Below, in pieces: positions 29,918 through 40,302 of a DNA stretch of 64,000 bases. The stretch comes from a virus (lineage: Duplodnaviria; Caudoviricetes). Position 1 is the first letter of the stretch; every line of letters begins with the position of its first letter. The notes under the pieces are model-generated. The model had not been told where the DNA came from. It saw only the letters and a program-made list of their open reading frames with translations, and did no database searches. The stretch is taken from positions 32,001-96,000 of the IMG/VR virus record IMGVR_UViG_3300027782_000046; one strand, given 5' to 3'. Position numbers and translations under genes: made by a program.

Positions 29918-31933
29918 ATGTTTACTTTACAAAATCTATCTTCTACCGGAAATTTTTATATTACGCAAGTAAATATTCCGCAGCCATCTGACGTATACTT
30001 TAAGTACGTTACAATGTTGTTGCATGGTGACGGAACTAACGGCTCTCAAAATAATACGTTTATAGACTCCAGTACTAATGCTTTTACTATTACTCGTAAC
30101 GGCAATACCACGCAAGGTACGTTTAGTCCATATGATGCTAGCTGGTCTAATTACTTTAATGGCAGTAGCACTTATTTTACAGTTCCAACTAATGCAAACT
30201 TGCATCTAGAAACTGCTTCAGTTTTTACAGTTGAAGCCTGGATATATCTTACAGGAATTGGTTCATCGCAATCAACTATTGTTGGTAATAGAAGCGGTTT
30301 AAGCGTAAGTGGATGGGAATTTAGAGTTAGTACTTCACGAACCTTACAATTCTATTATACCGGCAATTCTGGAAGTACCACAAATTCTACCGATGTATTA
30401 GCATACAATACTTGGTACCATGTTGCTTTAGTAAGAAACTCTGGAACCGTTCAGATTTTTATCAACGGAGCGCTATCCATAACTAATAATTCCATTACAA
30501 ACGGAACATTAAATTCAACTGCGCTTACTATTGGAGCTGAGGGATCTGACACTACATCCATATTTGCAGGATATATTTCAAATTTAAGAATTGTTAACGG
30601 CACGGCATTATATACAGCTGCCTTTACAGTCCCAACATCGCCATTAACTGCAATTACTAATACAGCATTACTCACTTGTCAATCAAATCAATTCATTGAT
30701 AATAGTACAAACGCATTTACTATAACAACTACCGGTTTGCCTATAGTGCAAAGTTTTAGTCCGTTTGCTCCAACAACGGCATACAGTACTAGCGTTATTG
30801 GTGGATCTGCATACTTTGATGGTACAGGGGATTATTTGTCAATTCCAAATGCCGCCGCACTTCAATTTGGCACCGGTGATTTTACAGCCGAGTATTGGGT
30901 ATATTTTAATTCAACACCTAGCGGCACCTCTCAAATGCCTTTATCTAAATGGGCATCAAATACCGGTTGGGAACTTTATTTTACCAGTAACACTAATAAA
31001 TTTGCTTTTTATGCACTTGCTGGCACCCCAGCTATACTTGGCACAACATCACCTGTTGGAGGTGTATGGTATCATTTGGCGGTGTCACGAGCCAGCGGAA
31101 CTATAAGACTTTTTGTTAATGGAACACAGGAAGGATCATCAGTTACTGGAAATACAAGTGATTTTAGTGATACTAATACTTTATTTATTGGCAAAGAAAA
31201 CAACACCACGGGTTTACCTTTTACCGGTTATGTCTCCAACCTTCGGATAGTCAAAGGCACAGCAGTCTATACAGCTAATTTTACGCCTCCTACTGCTCCA
31301 TTGACTGCAATAGCAAACACATCTTTACTATGTAATTTTACTAATGCGGCAGTTGTTGACAACTCGCAATTAAATAATCTAGAGACAGTTGGTACTGTAC
31401 AAATAAACACAAGTGTTGCAAAATTTGGCGCAGGGTCAATGTATTTTGATGGCAGTAGTTATTTAACCGGAAAAAGCAGCACAAATTTTAGTTTTACCGG
31501 AGATTTCACTATTGAATGTTGGGTTTATTTAACTACGGCCAGTGGAACAAAAACAATCTTTACAAACAGATCATCTTATGCTAATCCAACCGGGCTTGCT
31601 TGGGTAACGCAATCTGGGTCTGCAGCATTATCAATCTATACAAATAGCGGATTTTCTGCAGCAAGCTCAACTGCTATTACAACAAATACATGGACTCATG
31701 TTGCTCTTACAAGATCAGGAAGTACTATTACCCAATGGCTAAATGGTGTGAGCGTCGCTAACGTAACAAATAGCAGTTCTTTTACAGATGCTTTATGTTA
31801 TATAGGTGCAAATAATTCTGCCGCAGAATATTGGCCAGGTTATATAGACGATTTCCGTATTACAAATGGTATCGCAAGATATTCAAATACATTTACTGTA
31901 CCAACAACAGTTTTCCCTGACATTGGACCATAG
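29918..31933 (+). CDS. Triple LamG/concanavalin A-like lectin-domain protein
   Basis: MFTLQN tag; three FTxExW...W(Y/T)HxAxxR...GYxxxxRI units; LLHGDGTN start motif. Confidence 0.85.
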   Translation: MFTLQNLSSTGNFYITQVNIPQPSDVYFKYVTMLLHGDGTNGSQNNTFIDSSTNAFTITRNGNTTQGTFSPYDASWSNYFNGSSTYFTVPTNANLHLETASVFTVEAWIYLTGIGSSQSTIVGNRSGLSVSGWEFRVSTSRTLQFYYTGNSGSTTNSTDVLAYNTWYHVALVRNSGTVQIFINGALSITNNSITNGTLNSTALTIGAEGSDTTSIFAGYISNLRIVNGTALYTAAFTVPTSPLTAITNTALLTCQSNQFIDNSTNAFTITTTGLPIVQSFSPFAPTTAYSTSVIGGSAYFDGTGDYLSIPNAAALQFGTGDFTAEYWVYFNSTPSGTSQMPLSKWASNTGWELYFTSNTNKFAFYALAGTPAILGTTSPVGGVWYHLAVSRASGTIRLFVNGTQEGSSVTGNTSDFSDTNTLFIGKENNTTGLPFTGYVSNLRIVKGTAVYTANFTPPTAPLTAIANTSLLCNFTNAAVVDNSQLNNLETVGTVQINTSVAKFGAGSMYFDGSSYLTGKSSTNFSFTGDFTIECWVYLTTASGTKTIFTNRSSYANPTGLAWVTQSGSAALSIYTNSGFSAASSTAITTNTWTHVALTRSGSTITQWLNGVSVANVTNSSSFTDALCYIGANNSAAEYWPGYIDDFRITNGIARYSNTFTVPTTVFPDIGP

Positions 31934-31934
31934 T

Positions 31935-33962
31935 ATGTTCACTATACAAAATCTTAATATTGGTGGTGTTTCTGGATATGCAGCCGAACTGCCAACTGAT
32001 ACTTACTTTAATTATGTTACTTTGCTTTTACATGGTGACGGGACTAACAGCACCCAAAACAATACGTTTATAGACTCCAGCAGCAATGCGTTTACTGTCT
32101 CTCGCACTGGCAGCGCAACGCAAGGCAGCTTTAGCCCGTTTGGGCCTGATTGGAGTAATTATTTTAATGGTACAAGCGGTTATTTAAACGCAAGCGCAAA
32201 TGATGTTTTTGCTTTTGGCACGGGGTCTTTCACTGTAGAAGCATGGGTAAATTTATCAATATTGCAAGACACTTTGTTATTTGATACCAGAACATCCGCT
32301 GCAACTACTGGAATCGGATTTCAAATTAATTCATCTGGTGTTCTTTGTTATATTCAATCAACAAGTACATCATTAGCAACAACTGCGTTAACTGTAAATA
32401 CATGGAATCATGTTGCTTGGGTTTATAATGGCACATCAGTTACTGGGTACGTTAACGGAGTTGCAGGCACTTCATCAACTATTTCTTTAAATATAACGCA
32501 AAATAATTCTTCTATTGGTCGTTCCGGCGTATCCTCGGCTAGTTTTATTGCTGGATATATATCCAATTTGCGAGTTGTTAAAGGAACAGCAGTTTACACC
32601 GCAGCTTTTACACCTCCTACAGCGCCATTAACAGCAATAACCAATACGTCTTTACTCACTTGCCAATCAAATCGTTTTATTGACAATAGCACAAACGCTT
32701 TTGCCATAACAATTGCTGGTTCCCCATCCATTCAGCGTTTTAGCCCGTTTAGTATGGGGTCGGCGTATTCTACTTCTGTAATTAGCGGCAGCGGTTATTT
32801 TAATGGTAGCACTGATTCTTTAACTGTTCCAGCTAATACAGCATTTGCTTTTGGGCAAGGTGATTTTGCGGTTCAAATGTGGATATATCCTACAGCAACA
32901 ATAACTAGCCCCGCCAATATTGGATTATTTTATATAGAACAAACAAACGGATTGGTTGTTGGTTTGGTTAATGGTTATATTGCGATGGGTTTAAGAACAA
33001 TTGGATACGATTTAACATCAACTTATATACCACCTTTAAACACTTGGACTCATATTGCTGTAACTAGATCAGGAGCAACTGCGTACATTTTTGCAAATGG
33101 TGTTTTAGTAGGTACGGTAACGGCCCCTGGAGGAAATCCGGCCAATAACTCTAATTACCTTTGTACAACTGGATTACCTACTATTGCTGGAAATTATGCT
33201 GGCGGTGCAGGATTTGGTTATTTTCCTGGATACATATCTAATATTCAAGTAGTTAAAGGTACAGCAGTTTATACATCTGCTTTTACTCCGCCTACTTCCC
33301 CAGCAACAGCAATCACAAATACATCACTTCTGCTTAACTACGTCAACGGCGGCATTTACGACAATGCCATGCAGAACAATTTAATAACCGTTGGTAATGC
33401 TCAGATTAGCACCACGCAATCTAAATTTGGCGGGGCTTCAATGTATTTTGATGGTTCTGGTGATTATTTGGTTACGAACATTCCATCAAATAATGTATAT
33501 ACTTTTGGTTCGGGTGATTTTACTATTGAGTTTTGGTTATATTCTGTTAATTTTTCCAGCCCAGTTAATTTGCAAATAGTTGTTGATTTTAGGCCAACAA
33601 GCACGGATGGTCTATATCCTTGTATATATTTTACAAGTGGTCAAATTTTTTATTATGTTTCTTCAACTAATGTAATTACAGGAACAACTTTAAGCTCAAG
33701 TCAGTGGTACCACATTGCTTTAAGCCGTTCTGGAACAAATACTAAATTGTTTGTAAATGGTACGCAAGTTGGTTCCACGTACACAGATTCAAATAATTAT
33801 TTATGTGGGCTTAATAGGCCTGCAATTGGATGTAGGGGTTTTTTGTTGGGTGAAAATAGTTACAATGGTTATATAGACGATCTGCGTATCACCAAAGGAT
33901 ACGCCCGCTATACCGCTAACTTCACTGCACCAACAGCGGCTTTACCCGATATCGGACCATAG
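31935..33962 (+). CDS. Triple LamG/concanavalin A-like protein (paralog of 29918)
   Basis: Start re-assigned to ATG 31935 (MFTIQN tag, 1 nt after the upstream TAG); same architecture, also ends PDIGP. Confidence 0.85.
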   Translation: MFTIQNLNIGGVSGYAAELPTDTYFNYVTLLLHGDGTNSTQNNTFIDSSSNAFTVSRTGSATQGSFSPFGPDWSNYFNGTSGYLNASANDVFAFGTGSFTVEAWVNLSILQDTLLFDTRTSAATTGIGFQINSSGVLCYIQSTSTSLATTALTVNTWNHVAWVYNGTSVTGYVNGVAGTSSTISLNITQNNSSIGRSGVSSASFIAGYISNLRVVKGTAVYTAAFTPPTAPLTAITNTSLLTCQSNRFIDNSTNAFAITIAGSPSIQRFSPFSMGSAYSTSVISGSGYFNGSTDSLTVPANTAFAFGQGDFAVQMWIYPTATITSPANIGLFYIEQTNGLVVGLVNGYIAMGLRTIGYDLTSTYIPPLNTWTHIAVTRSGATAYIFANGVLVGTVTAPGGNPANNSNYLCTTGLPTIAGNYAGGAGFGYFPGYISNIQVVKGTAVYTSAFTPPTSPATAITNTSLLLNYVNGGIYDNAMQNNLITVGNAQISTTQSKFGGASMYFDGSGDYLVTNIPSNNVYTFGSGDFTIEFWLYSVNFSSPVNLQIVVDFRPTSTDGLYPCIYFTSGQIFYYVSSTNVITGTTLSSSQWYHIALSRSGTNTKLFVNGTQVGSTYTDSNNYLCGLNRPAIGCRGFLLGENSYNGYIDDLRITKGYARYTANFTAPTAALPDIGP

Positions 33963-33977
33963 AATGTTTTCTTTTCC

Positions 33978-34883
33978 ATGTTAACAATACAAAATTTTAA
34001 TCTTAGTGGCGCAATGAGCTTTAACAATGTTTCTGGCGCATTACCAATTCCACCTACAGTGACATATATTTTAGTTGCGGGCGGGGGATCTGGTGGTACT
34101 GGAAATTATTCTGGTGGCGGTGGTGCCGGCGGGTTACTATCAAATACATTCTCAACAAGTGGCGGTGTAACATATTCTATCACGGTTGGGGCTGGCGGCG
34201 GAACTGCTGCAAGCGGCGGAAATAGTGCAATATCCGGAACAAATATTACAACCGTCACTGCAGTTGGTGGCGGCCGAGGTTCGGGTGGTTATGGTAGTTT
34301 TGCCGGAGCAGCTGGTGGTTCTGGTGGAGGCGGTGGCGCAGGCGGCGGTGGGCCTGGCGCAGGTACAACAGGCCAAGGTAATGCTGGAGGATCTGCTGCT
34401 ACAGGCGGCAACTATTCTGGAGGCGGCGGCGGGGGGTATGGTGCCGCAGGCAGTAATGCAGCCGACGGTGTAGGCGGCAATGGCGGTGTAGGTACAAGCA
34501 CATACAGTTCATGGTTGTCTGATACTAATTTGGGGCACAATGTTAGCGGTACTAGATATCTTGCAGGTGGCGGTGGCGGGGCCATTGAGAGAGCATATGG
34601 CACACCCGGTTCGGGTGGCGCTGGCGGCGGTGGCGCGGGAACACTTGGAGGAGGAGCTGCAACTTCAGCAAGTACAGGCATTATAAATACAGGTGGAGGC
34701 GGTGGCGCTTGGACTGCTTATGGCGGAACCCAATATTCATATTTTAATGGTGGATCTGGCGTTGCTATTATTAGATATTCAGATAGTTACCGAGTAGCAA
34801 CAACTACCGGCAATGTATCTTATATAGCAAATAATGGCTATCGTTACTATGCATTTTTTGATTCCGGATCTTTAACTTGGTAA
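33978..34883 (+). CDS. Glycine-rich domain cassette (divergent)
   Basis: MLTIQN tag; TYILVAGGG...GGSGVAIIRY...SGSLTW. Confidence 0.85.
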   Translation: MLTIQNFNLSGAMSFNNVSGALPIPPTVTYILVAGGGSGGTGNYSGGGGAGGLLSNTFSTSGGVTYSITVGAGGGTAASGGNSAISGTNITTVTAVGGGRGSGGYGSFAGAAGGSGGGGGAGGGGPGAGTTGQGNAGGSAATGGNYSGGGGGGYGAAGSNAADGVGGNGGVGTSTYSSWLSDTNLGHNVSGTRYLAGGGGGAIERAYGTPGSGGAGGGGAGTLGGGAATSASTGIINTGGGGGAWTAYGGTQYSYFNGGSGVAIIRYSDSYRVATTTGNVSYIANNGYRYYAFFDSGSLTW

Positions 34884-34888
34884 TTTAA

Positions 34889-36073
34889 ATGGCTGGTATA
34901 AACTATAGAGTTTTAGGACAAGTAAACCCAACTAACGGGGTAACTACTGCACTATATACTGTTCCAAATAATTACTCTACACGAGTAACAACTCTTGCCG
35001 TTTGCAACTATTCAAATGCAGCAACAAGATTTAGTATTGCTGTCCAACCATCAAATGCAACAATTGCGGCAAATAGTTATTTAAATTATAATACATGGGC
35101 ACCTGCATATGATACTACTTTGTTACATACAGGAGTATCATTAAATGATTCGGACGTTATTTCCGTAGTCACAAATGGTTCATCTAATGTCAACTACACC
35201 CTCTTTGGATTTGAAACATCGAAAGATATGCCAACATTATCAAGTGTAGAATATTTGGTAATTGCCGGTGGCGGCGGTGGCGGTGACGGCCCAGGAGGAT
35301 ATGGCGGCGGTGGTGGTGGAGCCGGTGGATTTAGAACAGGCAATACCCAAATACAAACAAATGCAAATCTTGTTGTTGTAATTGGCGCAGGCGGTACTAA
35401 TAGTACGAACGGCAGCAATTCATATATTCTTGGCGGAAATCCTGCAGCAGGATATGTTATAAATCTAATATCTGTAGGCGGTGGCCGAGGCGCAAGTTAT
35501 AGTGGTTCAGTTATACCTGCCGGTTCTGGTGGTTCTGGCGGCGGCGGCACAAATCTTAATGGCGATGCAGGTGGTACTGGTATTGCAGGCCAAGGATTTG
35601 CTGGCGGGCAAGGCGGCGGGCAGGCAACATACTATAACAACGGCGGTGGCGGCGGAGGTGCTAGTGCGGTTGGTACCGGCGGATCGTATGATGGTACTGG
35701 CGGCGCAGGCGCATATTCTGCAATAACAGGAACAAATATTGCCTACGCCGGCGGTGGCGGAGGTGGAACAAACTGGGGCCCTAGTACAGGGGGCAGAGTA
35801 AGTTATGGTGGTGTCGGTGGTGGCGGCCAAGGCACAGCCTATGGTACATTCTCGCAGAATTCACCAACTGCAGGTACAACAAATACCGGTAGTGGAGGAG
35901 GCGGAGGTGGTTCGGGTACAACTGGAGGTTATGGAGGTTCAGGTATAGTTATAGTTCGTTATCCAACATATTATAGTGCAGCAACAACAACAGGATCGCC
36001 AAATGTAACAATTAGTGGCGGTTATAGGATTTATAGATTCTGGCAAACCGGCTCAATTAATTTTAATAAATAG
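34889..36073 (+). CDS. Adaptor domain fused to glycine-rich domain
   Basis: MAGINYRVLGQ...YTLFGFE, then VEYLVIAGGG. Confidence 0.8.
   Translation: MAGINYRVLGQVNPTNGVTTALYTVPNNYSTRVTTLAVCNYSNAATRFSIAVQPSNATIAANSYLNYNTWAPAYDTTLLHTGVSLNDSDVISVVTNGSSNVNYTLFGFETSKDMPTLSSVEYLVIAGGGGGGDGPGGYGGGGGGAGGFRTGNTQIQTNANLVVVIGAGGTNSTNGSNSYILGGNPAAGYVINLISVGGGRGASYSGSVIPAGSGGSGGGGTNLNGDAGGTGIAGQGFAGGQGGGQATYYNNGGGGGGASAVGTGGSYDGTGGAGAYSAITGTNIAYAGGGGGGTNWGPSTGGRVSYGGVGGGGQGTAYGTFSQNSPTAGTTNTGSGGGGGGSGTTGGYGGSGIVIVRYPTYYSAATTTGSPNVTISGGYRIYRFWQTGSINFNK
36065..36072 (+). promoter_or_regulatory. Late promoter variant
   Basis: AATAAATA overlapping the upstream stop, ahead of SD AGGAGA and ATG 36108. Confidence 0.5.
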
Positions 36074-36107
36074 TCGGTTATCAATTAATTTATCACAAGG
36101 AGATAAA

Positions 36108-36461
36108 ATGTCGCATTTTGCAAAAGTAGAAGATGGTATTGTAACACAAGTAATCGTAGTAGAGCAAGACGTTATTAATACTGGTTTATTCGGAGACCCA
36201 TCATCTTGGGTACAAACATCATATAACACATACGGTGGCGAGCATCGTAATGGTGGCACACCTTTGCGTAAAAATTACGCAGGTATTGGTTACACTTATG
36301 ATTCTCAAAGAGACGCATTTATTGCGCCTAAACCATTCGCAAGCTGGGTTCTAGATGAGAACACTTGCCTTTGGAACGCACCTGTTACTATGCCTACAGA
36401 AGGCGGACCATACAGATGGGATGAGGAAACAACTAATTGGGTTGCAATTACTACTGAGTAA
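36108..36461 (+). CDS. Fibre-associated small protein (possible chaperone or tip partner)
   Basis: Start re-assigned to ATG 36108 with SD AGGAGA; MSHFAKVEDG...WVQTSYN...LRKNYAGIGYTYD...FIAPKPFASW. Confidence 0.65.
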   Translation: MSHFAKVEDGIVTQVIVVEQDVINTGLFGDPSSWVQTSYNTYGGEHRNGGTPLRKNYAGIGYTYDSQRDAFIAPKPFASWVLDENTCLWNAPVTMPTEGGPYRWDEETTNWVAITTE

Positions 36462-36472
36462 AGAGAAAGCAT

Positions 36473-36805
36473 ATGGCAATAACGTATAAAGTTTTGGGGC
36501 AAGCATCCCCAGCTGCAACTACAAATACTGCACTGTATACTGTACCGGCATATATGGCTGCGGCCACATCTACGTTATCCATATGCAATCAAAATGCAAC
36601 TGATGCAAGATTTCGTGTAGCGGTACAGGCAGGAAATGCGTCGATACAATTTAAACATTATATCGCATATGATACACTTTTACCCGCATATGAAACCATT
36701 TCATTAACTATAGGAATGACATTGGCAACTACAGATGTGGTTACCGTGTATGCAAATACAACCAATATTAGTTTTAATTTATTTGGGTCAGAGATTAATA
36801 CATGA
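36473..36805 (+). CDS. Stand-alone adaptor-like beta-sandwich protein
   Basis: MAITYKVLGQASP...LYTVP...LSICN...FNLFGSEI. Confidence 0.7.
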   Translation: MAITYKVLGQASPAATTNTALYTVPAYMAAATSTLSICNQNATDARFRVAVQAGNASIQFKHYIAYDTLLPAYETISLTIGMTLATTDVVTVYANTTNISFNLFGSEINT

Positions 36806-37632
36806 CCTTAAGACGATTTAGTACTACTAAAGTTAGCCGGTCCCGATCTTTTTCGACGTCCGGCACAACTACTAGTAATAACGTAAGTCGTCAGATGAGA
36901 ATAGATTATTTAATTGTTGCAGGTGGTGGTGGCGGAGGTGGATCTCCGGGTACCGACTCAGACAGAGATGGCGGAGGTGGTGCTGGCGGTCTTGTTATGG
37001 GATCCGTTGCTGCCAGTAAATTTGGAATAGGTACGGCGATATCTATACAAGTTGGAACTGCAGGATCAACATCAACCTCTCCAACTGCAGGCGGTAATAG
37101 TTATTTAGGACCTGTGATTGCATATGGTGGAGGAACTGGTGGATATTTTGGTGCAAATGCTGGTGCTGGCGGTTCTGGAGGCGGTTCTGGAAGAAACTCA
37201 AGTCCTGCAGGAAAAACTCAAATAAGTTATCCGGAATATGGTGGGACTGGATTTGGTAACGCAGGCGGCGGCCAAGGAGATGGAATATTTGCATCTTCCG
37301 CAGGTGGTGGTGGGGGTGCTTTAGGTCCTGGTGGATTTTCTGGTGGCAATTCTGGTGGTTTAGGAATGGTATCAACTATTACTGGATCTGCAGTAACATA
37401 TGCAAGCGGAGGCAGGGCAGGATCATTAATAACATATCCAACAAATACTGGTTCTGGGGGTAGTGTCCAACCATATGGTGGCACGACTCAACCAACAGAT
37501 GGTATTGTGATAGTAAGACATTTGGCATCGTACCCTCAAGCAACAACTACTGGTTCTCCAACAATAACAATATATGGTAATTATATAATTTACACGTTTA
37601 CGAGTTCTGGCTCAATAACATTCCCGGGATAG
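36802..37632 (+). CDS. Glycine-rich domain cassette with basic N-terminal arm
   Basis: ATGA overlap; MTLRRFSTTKVS arm instead of the tag; DYLIVAGGG scaffold. Confidence 0.8.
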   Translation: MTLRRFSTTKVSRSRSFSTSGTTTSNNVSRQMRIDYLIVAGGGGGGGSPGTDSDRDGGGGAGGLVMGSVAASKFGIGTAISIQVGTAGSTSTSPTAGGNSYLGPVIAYGGGTGGYFGANAGAGGSGGGSGRNSSPAGKTQISYPEYGGTGFGNAGGGQGDGIFASSAGGGGGALGPGGFSGGNSGGLGMVSTITGSAVTYASGGRAGSLITYPTNTGSGGSVQPYGGTTQPTDGIVIVRHLASYPQATTTGSPTITIYGNYIIYTFTSSGSITFPG

Positions 37633-37636
37633 AATA

Positions 37637-39352
37637 ATGTCAATCATTTTTAACAATATAAGTATTTTTGGTAATTTATCTGTAGTAACACCTTACATAC
37701 AATTGGCTCCAAGCACTGTTGAATACTTAGTTGTAGCTGGCGGTGGAGGCGGGGGTGGAGGCGTTGTAAACATATCTGTTGGCTCTGGTGGTGGTGCAGG
37801 TGGATACTTAGCTAATACTGGATTTGCGGTTAGTGCATCAACAACATATGCTGTAACGGTAGGAGCAGGAGGCACTGCAGGGTATTCAACACCAGGCGGT
37901 AATGGAAGTCCATCAATATTTTCAAGTATTACATCAACTGGTGGCGGTGGAGGTGTTACTGGAAGTGGTATATATAATGGCGTTGCAGGCGGCTCTGGAA
38001 GTGGGGCTGCATACACAGGAACACCTGGCACAGGAATTAGCGGACAAGGTTTCGCAGGAGGAAGTGGGGCAACAACTTCAAATTACGGATCAGGTGGAGG
38101 TGGCGGTGCAGGCGGCGTTGGTGGAAATGGAACTACAACAGTTGGAGGTGCTGGAGGTATTGGGGCTACTTCTAGTATTAGTGGTTCTTCACTTAATTAC
38201 GCTGGTGGTGGTGGTGGAGGTATTGGAAATAGTGGCTCTGGAGGCGCCGCATCTTATGGCGGCGGGGCGGGAGCTTTTGGAGTAGCAACGGCTGCAACTG
38301 CTAATACTGGAGGTGGTGGCGGTGGAGGAGGGGGTGGATCATCATCGGCTGGAACCGGCGGCAATGGCGGGTCTGGTGTTGTAATCATACGTTATCCATC
38401 TGATTATAAACTAGCAACATATACAACAGGTTCGCCAGACGTAGTAACGTCTGGCGGAAATGTAAGTTACATATTTACACAATCTGGTTCAATAACTTGG
38501 GCTCCTGTTGTTACAGTTGAATACTTAGTTGTTGCTGGTGGTGCTAGTGGCGGTTCTCCATATGGTGGAGGTGGTGGTGCAGGCGGATTTAGATCATCAG
38601 TAGTAGGTTCTACTAGTGGAGGTGGAGCATCCGCGGAAACTGTATTAAGTTTAACTCCGGGTGTTTCTTATACTGTAACAATTGGTGCTGGCGGCGCTGC
38701 ACGAAACAACACATCTACTCCTGGAAATAATGGGTCAGACTCAGTATTTGCCACTATTACATCTATTGGTGGCGGTGGTGGTGGCTGGCGATATACTAGT
38801 GGTCAAGGTTCTAACGGTTCATCCGGCGGTTCTGGAGGAGGTGCTCCAGATAATTATTGGAGTGCTAGTTATACTGGTGGTGCAGGAACAACAGGTCAAG
38901 GATATGCCGGTGCTGGAGCAGCATTTTATACTTACTTAGGTTCGGGCGGCGGCGGCGCCGGTGGTGCCGGAGTTCAGGCTTCGTCAGGTGGTACGGGTGG
39001 TGCTGGTCAAACAAATTCTATAACTGGAACAGCAACATACTATGGTGGTGGTGGTGGTGGTGGACAAAATAATGCTGGTGGCGCAGGCGGTGCCGGTGGT
39101 TCTGGAGGTGGCGGCCGAGGATCAGGCGGAGGTTTGGCTTCTACAAACGGAACTGTTAATACAGGTAGCGGAGGTGGTGGTGGTGGAGACGGAGGATATG
39201 AAGCGTCAGGTGCCGGTGGTTCTGGAATTGTCATTATTCGTTATGCAGATTCAACTGCAGCTGCATCAAACACAACAGGATCTCCTAACGTAACTGTTAC
39301 CGGCGGTTATAGAATATATAGATTCTGGCAATCTGGAACAATAACTTTTTAA
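37637..39352 (+). CDS. Tandem double glycine-rich domain cassette
   Basis: Two VEYLVVAGG...GGSG(V/I)VIIRY units joined by TWAP. Confidence 0.85.
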   Translation: MSIIFNNISIFGNLSVVTPYIQLAPSTVEYLVVAGGGGGGGGVVNISVGSGGGAGGYLANTGFAVSASTTYAVTVGAGGTAGYSTPGGNGSPSIFSSITSTGGGGGVTGSGIYNGVAGGSGSGAAYTGTPGTGISGQGFAGGSGATTSNYGSGGGGGAGGVGGNGTTTVGGAGGIGATSSISGSSLNYAGGGGGGIGNSGSGGAASYGGGAGAFGVATAATANTGGGGGGGGGGSSSAGTGGNGGSGVVIIRYPSDYKLATYTTGSPDVVTSGGNVSYIFTQSGSITWAPVVTVEYLVVAGGASGGSPYGGGGGAGGFRSSVVGSTSGGGASAETVLSLTPGVSYTVTIGAGGAARNNTSTPGNNGSDSVFATITSIGGGGGGWRYTSGQGSNGSSGGSGGGAPDNYWSASYTGGAGTTGQGYAGAGAAFYTYLGSGGGGAGGAGVQASSGGTGGAGQTNSITGTATYYGGGGGGGQNNAGGAGGAGGSGGGGRGSGGGLASTNGTVNTGSGGGGGGDGGYEASGAGGSGIVIIRYADSTAAASNTTGSPNVTVTGGYRIYRFWQSGTITF

Positions 39353-40297
39353 ATGTTTACCTTTCAAAATCTTAGTTTTGCTGGAACTTGGTCTGCCGTA
39401 GGATTGCCCAGCGCAGCCACTACTCCGTCAACTATAGATTATTTGGTTGTAGCTGGAGGAGGAGGCGGTCCGGGTGCATACTATGGAGGGGGCGGTGGCG
39501 CTGGAGGTTTACGTTCTACAGTAACAACAACCGGCGGCGGAGGAAATCTTGAATCTCAGTTATCAGTTGTTGCTAGTACAACATATAATATAACTGTAGG
39601 CGCAGGCGGAACCGCCGGTGGATCTGGCAACGCTGGTAATAATGGTGCAAATTCATCTATAATTGGAGGAGCAGTCAATATAGTATCCTTGGGTGGTGGC
39701 GGAGGGCAGTTCTATATAACTGGTGCGCCTGCCGGCCAAGGTGGTTCTGGTGGTGGCGCCGGGTCTGGTTCTACATATAGTATTTTGGGCACAGCAAATC
39801 AAGGATATAACGGTGGCACAGGCGGAGGTGGCGGTGGTTCTACGGGTGCTGGCTCTGGTGGTGGGGGCGGTGGTGGCGCTGGAGGCGTTGGTGGCAACGG
39901 GGTAAATAATGGATATCCTAGTGGTACTGGTGGCTCAGGCGGTCCAGGAATATACACTACTATTAGCGGAGCAAATGTTGCATATGGTGGCGGCGGTGGC
40001 GGTGCAGGATATGCAAGTGGAGGGTCTCAAACTTATCCAGGCGGTGTAGGTGGCGGCGGTGTAGGTGGAGCCGGCGGTTCTTCTGCTACTGCAGGTACGG
40101 CAAATACTGGGGGAGGCGGAGGCGCCGATGATGGTCATGCATTTACTACAGGTAAAGATGGAGGTTCCGGTATAGTTATCATCCGCTATTCTAGTTCTTA
40201 TAATGCGGCATCTGCTACAACAGGTTCACCAAACGTAACTGTTACTGGTGGTTATAGAATATACCAATTCACGAGTTCTGGAACAATAACTTTTTAA
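39353..40297 (+). CDS. Glycine-rich domain cassette
   Basis: MFTFQN tag; ATG directly after the upstream TAA. Confidence 0.85.
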   Translation: MFTFQNLSFAGTWSAVGLPSAATTPSTIDYLVVAGGGGGPGAYYGGGGGAGGLRSTVTTTGGGGNLESQLSVVASTTYNITVGAGGTAGGSGNAGNNGANSSIIGGAVNIVSLGGGGGQFYITGAPAGQGGSGGGAGSGSTYSILGTANQGYNGGTGGGGGGSTGAGSGGGGGGGAGGVGGNGVNNGYPSGTGGSGGPGIYTTISGANVAYGGGGGGAGYASGGSQTYPGGVGGGGVGGAGGSSATAGTANTGGGGGADDGHAFTTGKDGGSGIVIIRYSSSYNAASATTGSPNVTVTGGYRIYQFTSSGTITF

Positions 40298-40302
40298 ATA
40301 AA

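Noticed and set aside
39043-39063. (GGT)n tracts as phase-variation switches
   Set aside because: Triplet slippage keeps the frame and would only alter Gly-run length
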